Assembly: GCA_951406725.2 (NCBI GenBank)
Contig: OX597824.1
Span: forward strand, 25,792,001-25,856,000
Reading direction: 5' to 3'
DNA length: 64,000 nucleotides
From: Octopus vulgaris
Lineage: Eukaryota
Below the pieces are notes generated by a model. The model ran no database searches. It saw only the letters and a list, made by a program, of their open reading frames with translations, and had not been told where the DNA came from. Shown piece by piece: positions 50,571-63,715 of the stretch; position 1 is the stretch's first letter, and each line of letters opens with the position of its first letter. A program made the position numbers and the translations under genes.

Positions 50571-50847
50571 AGCTCCACTGTTTATATTGGTATGGTTTTT
50601 ACAGCTGGGTGCCCTCCCTAATGCCAACCACTTTACAGAGTGGACTGGGTGCTTTTTATGTGGCACCAGCACTAATGAGGTCTGCTTTTTTTCTCTCTCT
50701 TTTACTCTTTGACTTAACTTTCAAACTTGTGTCAACTGAACGTAATTTAGAAGGGATTGTATCCCCTGTGATAGTTGATCACTCTCCACTTTGCCCCTAG
50801 GGGTATACTATGTGTTTAAACACTCATAGTATTATGATGTTTTGAGA
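50571..50847 (+). repeat. ~280-bp local direct repeat, copy 1 (copy 2 at 55220-55499)
   Basis: Near-identical sequence, also reflected in twin ORFs 50609 and 55258. Confidence 0.9.
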
Positions 50848-51136
50848 TGGTGATGAAAAAGATGATGGCAGTGGCAGCAATATTGATTTTTTTTTTTTTA
50901 ATTATTATTTAGGAGTAAGAGGAGACAGGTGAAATGGATACAGCTGGTCATGTGTGCTGTTGTTCTGTTATTTCTTGCAGATCAAGTGACTTCCCTGACT
51001 CATAGTTTCACTGCTATTTCTAGCATGTTTAGTGACCATGTAAAGCAAGAATGCTGCACTCCTCATCAATATTAAAATTTGAAACTGATCCCAGTTAACA
51101 TTATCTAAAAGCCCATTTGAGAAAATAATTTACTCC

Positions 51137-51365
51137 TTAACCCCTTTGTTTACCATATTTCTGTCAAGATGCTCAGTGTTTCTTTCAATTACTTTAAATA
51201 TAACAAAGAATTTAGTAAAATAACTTAGTTATCATTAAGCTAGTGTTAGGAACATAAATTGTGACTAAGGTTTGGTGGAAAATTTTGATTCAAAACTTAT
51301 GAAAACAAGGCATTTGTACTCAGAGCCAGAGCTGGTTTCAGCCATGTTGGTCACGAAAGGGTTAA
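51137..51365. mobile_element. piggyBac-type MITE (related copies 33301-33810, 57230-57337)
   Basis: TTAA|CCCCTTTGTTACCA ... TGGTCACGAAAGGG|TTAA; shares termini with the 7203-8254 element. Confidence 0.8.
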
Positions 51366-54319
51366 GACCGAGACAGTAATTAAATATAATTGCATCCCTA
51401 AGGCTATTTCAAGCACCATGATTACATCATCTTCATTTTCATCATTTAACATCCACTTTTCCATGCTTGCATGAGGCAGATTTTCTATGGTTGGATGCCC
51501 TTTGTATCATCATCCTTCACCTGTTTCAAAATAAGTTAATATTTCTCATGGCTAAACATGTTTTCCTTGGAACACTGGAAAAAGATATTGCTTGTATAAT
51601 GATGAGTCTCATTTATAACCATCACATGATGTGTAGACAAGAGTACACACACATAAATACATACATCATCATCATCATCGTTTAATGTCCGTTTTCCATG
51701 CTAGCATGGGTTGGACGGTTCAACCGGGGTCTGGGAAGCCAGGAGACTGCACCAGGCTCCAGTCTGATCGGGCAGTGTTTCTACAGCTGGATGCCCTCCC
51801 TAACGCCAACCCCTCCGTGAGTGTAGTGGGTGCTTTTTACATGCCACCGGCACAGGTGCCAGGCGAGGCTGGTAACGGCCATGATCGGTTGGTGCTTTAT
51901 ACGTGCCAGCAGAATGGAAGCCAGTCAAGGCGGCGCTGGCATTGGCCACATTCGGATGGTGCTTTTTACGTGCCACCGGCACAGGTATCACAACTACAAT
52001 TTCCATTTGATTTTTTGATGTTGATGTACTTGACTCAATAGGTCTCCTCAAGCACATATACATATATTTCAGATAAAAGGTGATTAAAAAATCCAAGCTT
52101 GATTTTCAGTCAGCAATCCTGAGAATACCAGCTAACAGTGTGTATATCTGAAAGAAAAATCTATCCATACAAACTGAAATTCCAGAAGCACCTCTGTATG
52201 CTATGTAAAAAGCACCTGGTACACACTATAAAGTTGGCATTAGGAAGGGCATCCAGCCATAGAAATAATGCCAAAACTGACAATTTGGGCCTGCTGCATC
52301 TCTCCAGCTTACCAACTCCTGTCAGGCTGTTCAATCCTAGCCAGCACGGAAAACGGACGTTAAACAATGATGAATGATGGATTCATTTATATTCATGAAA
52401 TGCATATTCCATGTAGTGTTAAAACAAGGCAGTTGCCAGGGCCGCAGGACTGACTCCTGTGCAAGTGGCAAGTAAAGAAACGCCGTTTCAACCCTGTGCT
52501 TGAGGAGATCCATTGAGTCAAGTATACCAACATCAAAAATCAATGGAAACTGCAGTTGTGATCCCTGTGCCGGTGGCACGTAAAAAGCACCATCCGAACA
52601 TGGCCGATGCCAGCGTCGCCTTGACTGACTTCCGTGCCAGTGGCACGTAAAAAGCACCAATCCGATCGTGGCCGTTGCCAGCCTCGCCTGGCACGTAAAA
52701 AGCACCCACTACACTCACGGAGTGGTTGGCGTTAGGAAGGGCATCCAGCTGTAGAAACACTGCCAGATCAGACTGGAGCCTTGTGCAGCCTCCTGGCTTC
52801 CCAGATCCCTGCTCGAACCGTCCAACCCATGCCAGCATGGAGAACGGACGTTAAATGATGATGATGATGTAATTATGTCAATTCCAATTATTGGGCAGCC
52901 CTCCTCTCTCTCTTTCTCTCTCCCACACACACACACAGATGCATGATGGGATGCTTTTAGTTTCTGTCTACCAAATCCACCCACAAAGTTTTGGTCAGTC
53001 CAAGGATAGAGCAGAAGACATTTGCTCAAGGTGCTGCACAGTAGGACTGAACATGAGACCACATGATTTGGAAGCATCCTTCTCATCCACACAGTTACAT
53101 CTACACCTATTACCTGGCTAATCATTGCATCATAGCATTTTAATTAATGTGGCACGTAAGAGAACCATCCGAACGTGGCCGTTGCCAGCACCACCCCGAC
53201 TGGCCTCCGTGCCGGTGGCACTTAAAAAGCACCATCCAATCGTGGCCGTTGCCAGCCTCCCCTAGTACCTGTGCCGGTGGCACGTAAAAAGCACCCACTA
53301 CACTCATGTAATGGTTGGCGTTAGGAAGGGCATCCAGCTGTAGAAACACTGCCAGATCAGACTGGGGCCTGGTGCAGCCTCCTGGCTTCCCAGACCCCAT
53401 TTGAACCGTCCAACCCATGCTAGCATGGAAAACAGACGTTAAACGATGGTGGTGGTGGTCGTCGTTGTCGTCCACAGTGTAATCATGACCTATGAATTTG
53501 TAAATTCATGTTTCATTATTCCTTCTCTGCACAGATGCACCTCTCTTCCCTCATCTTGTACTCTTGAAGTTAAGAATATTCCCGACCCCTGAAGAATTTT
53601 CTTAACATTAGAGGCAGATTGTAATACCTTAACCCATTCTTAATGAATCTTTATCTTCTAACTTGTTTCAGTAATTGGACTGTGGCCATGCTGGGGCACT
53701 GCCTTTTAAGGGTTTAGCTGAACTGGTCAATATTGGAATTTTTTTTTTTTAAGTTTTAAGTCTTGTATTTATTCCATTGGTCTCTTTTGCTGAACTGCCA
53801 AGTTACAGGGATGTGAACAAACCTACACTGGTTGTCAAGTGGTGGTAGGGGGCCTGGATCTCCACTGGTTATGACAGTTGAGTGTTCCAGTTGATCCAGT
53901 CAACAGAACAGCCTGCTCATTAAAATTGATGTGCAAGTGGCTGAGCACTCCACGGTCACACATACCCTTAATGTAGTTCTCAGGGAGATTCAGCTTGACA
54001 CAGAATGTTACAAAGCTGGTCCTTTGAATTACGAGTACAACTCATTTTTGCCAGCTGAGTGGAGTGGAGCAATGTGAAGTAAAGTGTCTTGCTCAAGAAC
54101 ACAGTGCACAGCCAGGATTCAAATGCCCTCCCTAACCTCTAAGCTATGTGCAAAAACATGCATTCATACATACACAAGGGGCTGCCACACAGTTTCCATC
54201 TACCCAATTCACTGTGCAGTGGGACTGAACCCAAAATTACATGATTGCAAAGTAAGCTTCTTAATTACACAACCATACCTAGGCCTATATATGTGTTTTT
54301 TTTTTTCTTTCTTCTGCAG

Positions 54320-54406
54320 GTGATAGAAATTTTAACTACATTGTGTTCACAACAGCCATTGGGTGCATCTTGTCTTGTTGAATCTCAATGTCCATGTAAC
54401 ATGGAG
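54320..54406 (+). CDS. ATRIP: ATRIP coding exon 10
   Basis: ctgcag|GTG. VIEILTTLCSQQPLGASCLVESQCPCNME carries the conserved CxCNxE motif; donor |gtaaga. Confidence 0.9.
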
Positions 54407-56537
54407 GTAAGATAGGTTTTTTTTTTTCTTTTGTGGTCTTATTACTCAAAATGTCAAGAAGGGAACCACTAAGTAGTTGCACAACTTGCTAGAAACAACT
54501 ACTAAATCTCCATCAAATCACATCTTAACGCCTTAATAATGGAAGGAGACATCAGACAATATAGTAACATCTGTCTTCCCTGCAGGCATGGGTTGGACAG
54601 CTTCTTATTTCTTTATTGCCCACAAGGGGCTAATTCCAAAGAGGGGACAAACAAGGACAGACAAAGGGATTAAGTCGATTACAACGATCCCAGTGCATAA
54701 CTGGTACTTAATTTATCAACCCCGAAAGGATGAAAGGCAAAGTCAACCTCAGCAGAATTTGAACTCAGAACATAACGGCAGACAAAATACCTATTTCTTT
54801 ACTACCTACAAGGGGCTAAACACAGAGAGGGCAAATGGATTGAGTCGATTATATCGACTCCAGTGCGTAACTGGTCTTTATCTAATCAACCCCAAAAAGA
54901 TGAAAGGCAAGTCGACCTCGGCGGAATTTGAACTCAGAACATAACGGCAGACAAAATACCTATTTCTTTACTACCTACAAGGGGCTAAACACAGAGAGGA
55001 CAAATGGATTAAGTCGATTATATCGACTCCAGTGCGTAACTGGTCCTTATTTAATCAACCCCGAAAAGATGAAAGGCAAATCAACCTCAGCGGAATTTGA
55101 ACTCAGAACGTAGCGGCTGACGAAATACCGATAAGCATTTCAAACCAGTGTGCTAACGTTTCTGCCAGCTCGCCGCCTTGGACAGCTTGACAGGAGCTGG
55201 TAAGCCTGGGGACTGTGCCAGCTCCACTGTTTATATTGGTATGGTTTTTACAGCTGGATGCCCTCCCTAATACCAACCACTTTACAGAGTGGACTGGGTG
55301 CTTTTTATGTGGCACCAGCACTAATGAGGTCTGCTTTTTTTTTTCTCTCTCTTTTACTCTTTGACTTAACTTTCAAACTTGTGTCAACTGAACGTAATTT
55401 AGAAGGGATTGTATCCCCTATGATAGTTGATCACTCCCCACTTTGCCCCTAGGGGTATACCATGTGTTTAAATACTCATAGTATTTAGGATGTCTTGAGG
55501 TGTGTATTAAAGTATTCATCATCATCATTATTTGAACTGGCTGAAGGCAGTGAGCTGGCAGAGTTGTTAGCATACCGGGCAGAATGCTTAGCCACACTTC
55601 ACTTGTCACTACATTCTGAGATCAAATTCCGTCGAGGTTGACTTTGCCTTTCATTCTTTCAGGGTTGATAAATTAAGTACCAATTCATTACTGGGGTTCG
55701 ATGTGATTGACTGTCCCCCTCCCCACAAAATCTAGGCCTTGTGCCTGTTGTAGAAAGGATTATTTAAACTGTTTCCATGCAAGGTAATATTTCGCCCATG
55801 GCCAGGCATGTTCTTACAGATAATTGGAAATGAATGACATTGCTTGTACGATACCCATTCACATCTATTACACCATGTCAGGACAAGGAGACACACACAC
55901 ACAAACATCAATTCCACTCACAAGGCTCTGGTCAGCCCAGGACTGTAGGTTCCATGCAGCAGGACTGAACCCAGAACCATGTGATTGAGAAACAAACTTC
56001 TTACCTCACAGCCATACCTGCACCTACGTATTAACATATATTAAGTGGCTGTGTGGTAAGTAGCTTCTTTACCAACCACATGGTTCCAGGTTCAGTCCCA
56101 CTGCATGGCACCTTGGGCAAGTGTCTCCTACTATAGCCTGGAACCAACCAAAGCCTTATGAGTGGATTTGGTAGACGGAAACTGAAAGAAGCCCGTCGTA
56201 TATATGTATATATATATATATATGCATGTGTGTGTCTGTGTTTGTCCCCCTAGCATTGCTTGACAACCGATGCTGGTGTGTTTATGTCCCCGTAACTTAG
56301 CGGTTCGGCAAAAGAGACCGATAGAATAAGTACTGGGCTTACAAAAGAATAAGTCCCGGGGTCGAGTTGCTCGATTAAAGGCGGTGCTCCAGCATGGCCG
56401 CAGTCAAATGACTGAAACAAGTAAAAAAAAAAAAAAAAGAGTACATTAATAGACACACACATACATACAGGGGCAGGTGGAAATCTCAGTAATTACATGT
56501 CCATTCCTTACCATTCAACTGTTCTTTCTATTCCCAG

Positions 56538-56853
56538 TGTGTGAAATGCTGCGTCCACATTCTGTACCACATCCTTGAGCAACACCAATGTCATTGCAAG
56601 AAAGCACAGAGTGCAAAGCTTGAAGGGAGAGAGATGATTTGCAACAAATGCACAGATAGCAACGAGGAGAAACCAAACGTTGAGGACTGCACATGTGAAT
56701 ATGTCCTTTACGAAGGGGCCTTACTGCTTTACACCATTAGCCAGAAAGAACAAAACTTTTTTGTACGTGATGTGTTGCACAAATACACGATTTTGATCAG
56801 TCATTTACAACACCTGGTGGAAATGAATGAAGAAAGCCAGTGGAAAATTGAAG
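56538..56853 (+). CDS. ATRIP: ATRIP coding exon 11
   Basis: ttcccag|TGT. CVKCCVHILYH...EGALLLYTISQKEQNF...VLHKY matches the ATRIP C-terminal helices; donor G|gtaaag. Confidence 0.9.
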
Positions 56854-57616
56854 GTAAAGAGAATTCAGTATTTATTAACTAACAGCTTTTCTATAATTGT
56901 AGATGTTTACTAAATGTGTTCGTCAACAATGAATGTGACTCGTGTCTGATTTAACCCGTTTGATATCAGTCTGCCTGAGATTCCCTTTCACCTTCTGATA
57001 GAAACTTCTTGTAAAATGATTATCGCCTTGGTAAACTGTAGAGACGGTGTGTATATAGTTTTGAGAAAAAGAGAGAGATACACTAAACAATGTTATTACA
57101 TTTTTCACTTTCTCTCTCTCTCAGAATCTACTTTATCCATTGACACACCTTCCCTCTCATACCCGCACTTTCTCCCTCACACTGAATTAAAATTCTTGTT
57201 TTAAAGTAATTTAAATTTTAAAATTTCCATTGGACCTTTGTTAAATTAGCTTAATAGTGACTTACTAAATTCTTCTTTATTTTTAACTGAAACAAAGGCA
57301 GTGTATTTCAACAAAAATATGATAATGAAAGGGTTAAAACGATTTAAGTTAAAGCTTTCCATTAGAATTTCATGTTAAATTATGTTCCAGTATGACCGTA
57401 AAGAGCATGCCTGTATGTTCTGAAAAGAATCAAAACTACACTAATTTTATTCTATATTTCATTCGCCAAATTTCCAATAATAGTACATCTTAGTCTTTCT
57501 CCAGTAATATAGACCCCGCCACTTAATACAACATTTTCTATGTTTGGATCATTCCCATGTTTTCTTTTGTCTGTATTTTAATTAATGAATGTATTTGCTT
57601 TAACCTCTCTCTTCAG

Positions 57617-57702
57617 TCTCTGCTCTGAAGGAATTATGGGAATTTGTCATTGACTCCGATTCTTTGACAGAAGATGAAGAAACTGCAATGGAGACAAGCT
57701 GA
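57617..57702 (+). CDS. ATRIP: ATRIP coding exon 12 (last)
   Basis: cttcag|TC. VSALKELWEFVIDSDSLTEDEETAMETS*, acidic tail. The 12 exons sum to 2706 nt = 901 aa plus stop. Confidence 0.88.
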
Positions 57703-60143
57703 AGAATTCTACACGGTACTTGGATTCTTTAAATAAGGTTGTGCTATCCCCGATCAGCAATGCAATCAGTTTCCAAAGGAAGTAATTAGTGACTAACCAG
57801 ATTTCTTGGGGCCCCAAAATGGGGCCTACTTTGTAAGGCTTAGGAAGGAAGCTCTCTGAATTGTTCTGTAATTTACATTTGTTGTTATGATTATTTTTCC
57901 CACTTCATGTCAGCCAAGATGTTATGATTCAACCCCCCCCCCCTCGCCTGACCCTTTTTTTTTTCAGATTGATGACGTCTTTATATTCCTTATAAACAAG
58001 ACAATTATATAAAATATAGCTATGTAATAATATATTGTATATAATATAAAAGGGACAGGACTTAATGGCTAGAGCATTCAGCTCATTGACGTAGGGACCA
58101 GGTGACACTTCCTGTGTCTTGAGCAAGACTTTTCATTTCGTATTCCCCCTCAGTTTTCTCAGCTGGTTACAGCAGGTACAGCTGTTTCCCTCCCATCAGC
58201 CATCACATCCTAGATGTTCCGCCAGATCTGGATCTGAAGTGAGATACAGCCAAGAGGGTGCCTCTGTTTGCTTGCAACAACATAAGACACCTGGATATTT
58301 ACGTGGTACATGTTAACGAGCCATACCCACATGCAAGTGATAGCTGGCTGTACATTTAGTGCAGTTACATTTGCACACTTGTCAGTCTGTTTTGTTGCAA
58401 TTTTAAATCTGCAATCCTCTTATTTGTATTTTTTAGATTAACACACTGAGATCCATTGCCTAATTTTTATTTTCCTTACTACAGTGAGACTCACAGGTCC
58501 TTGTACAATTAGTATAGATGGTACGTTAAACATCAAATGTCAGCTACGTATAGTCTCTTCAGAGTAACTTCCTTATGCCTTCTTGAGAGGGAGAGAGAGA
58601 GAGAGACACCTCCCTGAAGAGGATTATTTTTATTCCTCTTTCCCCACTCGATCCTTAAAGAAACTACTACTTCCTGTCTACCTTGACCCATCCACTCAGC
58701 TTCCAGATAACAACTCAGGGCTTCGGGCTAATTACGGTTATGCCTCTGCGTATGTTTTAATCAGTGAAAGTAAACAAGATGACCCCCAACAGCAGCAGAA
58801 CCAAAACAAAATAATAAAGCATTTTACTTAGAAACTATGCTAAACAAGCACATTGCTGGGGTGGGGATAGGAAAAAAAAAAGAAGAGGGCGGCAGCAGTT
58901 TTGAGATTACAGAAGTATGTTAAGGCTTATCAGCTGACATTTAGTTTACTCATACGATGTGTAAACATGAGAAATGTAGCTAACGTCTCAAAACACAAAA
59001 AATGTTATTTATTTATCTTTTTATTAATTTTATTTTTTATATATTTTTTATTTTACTTAAAAAAATATCAGTATAGTTTTTTTGTTTTTTTTGTTTAAGT
59101 TTAAAACATTCATCTTACTCCAAAAATTATAAAAATTAATAAAAAACATTCAATTTAAATGATATATTTTTAAATTAATATTGTTGTTTGTCATTATTTA
59201 TTTAACCACAGAATAACCTGGGTGTGACTGACTTCAAGTGATTTCTGGTAGTGGCGCCCTGTTTCAGGGGTTCCATTGTTTTGATGAGCGTGGAACCACT
59301 CCTTAGCCACTAGGTCTACCCTGACTCAGAGTAGCAGTATGGTTTAATTAGCATATCACAGAAATGCCTCTGGAAAACAGTCGCTCACAGACACCCCCAA
59401 CAAATGCAGACCAGCTGAGGCCCCTCAGCTGTTTAGTAGCTGCTCATCTAAGAAATGGTATCTCCATATAAATGCTACTGGGCTCCTGGCACTTGTTGCC
59501 ATTTTCTATGGCCACACGCTCTTCCTGTTGCCAACACTCACCTGCTTCCAAGTAACTCTTTACTCTTTTACTTGTTTCAGTCATTTGACTGCGGCCATGC
59601 TGGAGCACCGCCTTTAGTCGAGCAAATCGACCCCGGGACTTATTCTTTGTAAGCCCAGTACTTATTCTATCGGTCTCTTTTGCCGAACCGCTAAGTTACG
59701 GGGACGTAAACACACCATCATCGGTTGTCAAGCAATGCTAGGGGGACAAACACACCCACACACACACATATATATATATATGTATATACGACAGGCTTCT
59801 TTCCGTTTCCGTCTACCAAATCCACTCACAAGGCATTGGTCGGCCCGGGGCTATAGCAGAAGATACTTGCCCAAGATGCCACGCAGTGGGACTGAACCCG
59901 GAACCATGTGGTTGGTTAGCAAGCTACTTACCACACAGCCACTCCTGCACTGTAAGGTAATATTTCCCTATTGCCAGACCTGTTTTTGCACCTATATATA
60001 TATATATATATATTTTAAAAAAGGTTGAATATAGATTCATCCTTTAACTGGAGTAGTTTCCATAACATTTCTAATGTTGATTCTTCATACTTCACTTTGA
60101 ATTTACTGATGTAAATTGGCATAGATATGAAAGGTTATGTAAG

Positions 60144-60545
60144 TATATTAAGTATATGATTTAAGTTATGGAATGAAGTTCAACAAATTCAATCATATTT
60201 TTCATAAATGGAGGAGATTAGCTGTTAATATGGAATAATTTTTTTTTTTTATTTCACTATACAATCGTTTTATACAGAAAGATCAATTCATTTTAAGAAT
60301 CTGAGTAAAGTGTAATTGTTCTTGGAGTCATGTCTATTTTACATACCCATGTAATTCTAAAGTCCTTTTTTCGTTATTTGGTTTTTTTTATTATTGTGCT
60401 ACTACTGAGGGGTAGTCTTTGACAACTCAGATTCTTAAAATGAATTTGTTTTTATGTACAAAACAATCGTATAGTGAAATAGATAAAAAAATATGATTGA
60501 ATTTGTTGAACTTCGTTCTATAACTTAAATCATATATTTAATATA
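60144..60545. repeat. Foldback element between ATRIP and TXNL4B
   Basis: 60144-60306 is the imperfect reverse complement of 60425-60545. Confidence 0.85.
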
Positions 60546-60847
60546 TATATATATATATATATATATGACAGGCTTATTTCAGATTCTGTTTACCAGATCC
60601 ACTTACAATGCTTTGGTCGGCCCAGAACTCTAGTTGAAGATACTTGCCCAAGGTGCCACGCAGAGGGATTGAACCTGGAATCTTACAATTGAGAAGCATG
60701 CTTCTAGCCACACAGCCATGCTTGTGCATATGTTGATCTTCAAACTTAATTATGTCAGAGCCATGAGATATGAAAGCGGTTGCCAGTAACTGGTGTTGAA
60801 GATGACCAAGGACAGGTGGAAACGGATGTTGGTTCACCTGGATGATA

Positions 60848-61013
60848 TTATATGTCTTTGTAAATTAGCTCATATCGAGGGACATTGCGAGGATCCAGGG
60901 GGCTTTTCACAATTAGTTTTCCTTTCATTGCTCCTCGAAAAATAACTTCTACCACATCAATCACGTCCTGCTTTGTCTTGAAACTGCCAACAAATTTGGT
61001 GTGATCCGGTGTT
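60848..61013 (-). CDS. TXNL4B: TXNL4B / Dim2 (U5 snRNP thioredoxin-like protein) last coding exon; upstream exons not found in window
   Basis: ttcctag|[55 protein letters not shown] is a close match to the TXNL4B C-terminus and distinct from TXNL4A/Dim1. Confidence 0.93.
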
Positions 61014-61289
61014 CTAGGAAGTAGAAAATAATATATAAGGTAATATATGGAAAAAAAACATATAAAAGTAATAGGTAAGGAAATTATAAGCAAAAGACAA
61101 AAAATGGTAATGATACAGAATAAAAATCCTCCTCCTCCTCATTTTAACATCCACTTTTCCATGCTCACATGGGTCGGGCAGAATTTATTGAAGCAGATTT
61201 TCAATGGCCAGATGCCCTTCCTATTACTAAACCTCACATTCCCAAGCAAGGTAATATTTCCCCATGGCCAGAAATGACTTCACAGAATA

Positions 61290-61910
61290 TTGGAGAAGAC
61301 TCGGCAAGCCCAAGTAAGACCATAACCTCGTGGCCTATGCCAGGGGTGTAACCAGCTCACTTATGTGTACCTTTCCTTCATTGGACACTAAACTCTGCTT
61401 GTGAAGACTTGTTGAGGCAAGTGAAATCGAAATCAAATTCGATGACTGGCATCCGTGCTAGTGGAGCGCTAAGAGTACCATACGAGCTTGATTGTTGCCA
61501 GACCAACAAACTGGCCTCCATGCCAGTGGCACGTAAAAAGCACCATTCGAGCGTGATCGTTACCCGCGTCGCCTTACCAGCACTTGTGCTGGTGGCATGT
61601 GAAAAAACATTCAAGTGAGGTCGTTGCCAGTGCCGCTGGACTGGCTCCTGTGCAGGTAGCATGTAAAAAACACCATTTGAGCATGGCAGTTGCCGGTACC
61701 GCCTGACTGGCCCTTGTGCCGGTGGCATGTAAAAGCACCCACTACACTCTCAGAGTGGTTGGCGTTAGGAAAGGCATCCAGCTGTAGAAACTCTGCCAGA
61801 TCAGATTGGAGCCTGGTGCAGCCATCTGGTTCGCCAGATCTCAGTCAAATCGTCCAACCCATGCTAGCAGGGAAAGCGGACATTATACGGTGATGATGAT
61901 GATGATGAAT
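61290..61910 (+). mobile_element. RTE LINE 3'UTR copy with five ~62-bp internal units (representative)
   Basis: Other 5'-truncated copies at about 1406-1670(-), 4050-4380(+), 5499-6022(-), 24565-25112(+), 30086-30425(-), 31673-32025(-), 41985-42177(+), 46945-47280(+), 51664-52055(-), 52430-52870(+), 53148-53460(+), 62061-62380(-). Confidence 0.85.
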
Positions 61911-61987
61911 GACAGTAACATTCATTTACAAGTCACATTATGTCAAGGCAAGAAGACAATAACACATACATGCACACACACACTCAC

Positions 61988-62020
<33 letters not shown>

Positions 62021-63182
62021 TTTATACATATGGGTGGTGAGGTTGAAAAATTCCTGGCTTTCATCGTTTAATGTCCGTTCTCCATGCTAGCATGGGTTGG
62101 ACGGTTCGACCGGGGATCTAGGAAGCCAGAAGGCTGCACCAGGCTCCGGTCTTATCTGGCAATGTTTCTACAGCTGGATGCCCTTCCTAACGCCAACCAC
62201 TCCGTGAGTGTAGTGGGTGCTTTTTACGTGCCACCTGCACTGGTGCCAGGTGAGGCTGGCATCGGCCACGGTCGGATTGGTGCATTTTACGTGCCACCTG
62301 CATGGAAGCCAGTCGAGGCAGCACTGGCTTCGGCCACGATTTGGATGGTGCTTTTTACGTGCCACCGACACGGAAGCCAGTTTCAGTCAATTATGATTTT
62401 ATTGAAGATATTCCCCTCTCAGATTCACACACTTATTGCAATGATCCTCCAGTTTTATCTAAGCCCTGAAAAAGAACTAAGATGGTTGGGCCTCCAACCA
62501 GACCCTTAAAGTCAGGAACTTTTCAGCACTCCCTCATATATGTAAGAGAGGTTTTTTTCAGTTTCTGTCAGCCAAATCAACTCACAAGGCATTAGTCGGA
62601 CCAGTCTTATTATAGAAAATACATGCCTACGGTTTCAAGCAGTTGGATTGAACCTGAAAGCATTTGGTTGGGTACTGGGAAGCAAATTTCTTACAACAAA
62701 GACTTTTGCTTACCAACCACATCATCATTCAATGTCTACTTTTCCATGCTTGCATGGTCCGGATGGAATCTGTTGAGGCACAAATTCTCTACAGCTAGAT
62801 GCCCTTATTATCACTAACTCACCCATTTCCAAGCAACAAAATATTTTCCCATAGCGAGACAAGTTTTTCACAGAAGACTAAAAACGAACATTACATTTAC
62901 AACCATCACATGATGTCTAGACAAGGGTCACACACACACATATAATGGGTTTCTTTCAGTTTCCATCTACTAAACCTACTCACAAGGCTTTGATTAGCTT
63001 GGGGCTAGAGCAGAAGACACTTTACCTGAGGTGCCATGCAGTGGGACTTAACCCAAACCCACATGGTTGGGAAGCAAACTTCTTAATTACGCAGTAACAT
63101 TTGTGCCTAACAAAGACATCAAAAATATTCTCCAACTGAACCAATGAGGGAGCTTCCTCTTGGTTGAGCAATTTGATAAAGA

Positions 63183-63715
63183 TCGTACTTTGAGTCTCAC
63201 AGAGGCTATGACGAAAGACCGAGACCTCTGGAGATATGCTGTGACTTCAAAGACCCGACAAATGAAGTGAGTTCATGGCTTGCAGGACGGCCTGCTGTGC
63301 TAACCTTGGATCGTAGAGTGACCTGCTGTTCTTGAGGAGACCTATTGAGTCAAGTACATCAACATCAAAATAAAAATTCAAATGGAAATTGTAGTTAAGA
63401 CACCCATGCCGGTGACACGTAAAAAGCACTGTCCGAACGTGGCTGATACCAGCGCCGCCTGACTAGCATCCGTGTCAGTGACAGGTAAAAGCACCAACCG
63501 GTCATGGCCGTTTGCCAGCCTGCTCTGGCCCCTGTGCCGGTGGCACATAAAAAAAACACCCACTACACTCACGGAGTGGTTGGCGTTAGGAAGGGCATCC
63601 AACTGTAGAAACACTGCCAAATTAGACTGGAGCCTGGTGCAGCCTACATGGCTTCCAGACCCTGGTCGAACCGTCCAACCCATGCTAGCATGGAAAACGG
63701 GCGTTAAATGATGAT
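63183..63715 (+). mobile_element. RTE LINE 3' end: ORF2 terminus (LTEAMTKDRDLWRYAV..KTRQMK*) plus 3'UTR
   Basis: Links the ORF2 end to the ubiquitous gtgccggtggcacgtaaaaagcacc repeat; near-identical to 24565-25112. Confidence 0.85.

Noticed and set aside
52560-52710. Palindromic ~25-bp repeats with ~35-bp spacers (CRISPR-like)
   Set aside because: Spacers are homologous to each other and across loci; this is the RTE 3'UTR array.
56500-56537. TTCCTTAC as a U12-type branch point in an ATRIP intron
   Set aside because: The donor is gtaaga, not (G/A)TATCCTT; all reconstructed introns look U2-type.
63325-63360. gaggagacctattgag resembles the LSU rRNA GAAGACCCTRTTGAG motif
   Set aside because: Short match, explained as a duplicate of the RTE ORF2 terminus (gctgtgcttgagaagacc...caagtga); no flanking rRNA sequence.
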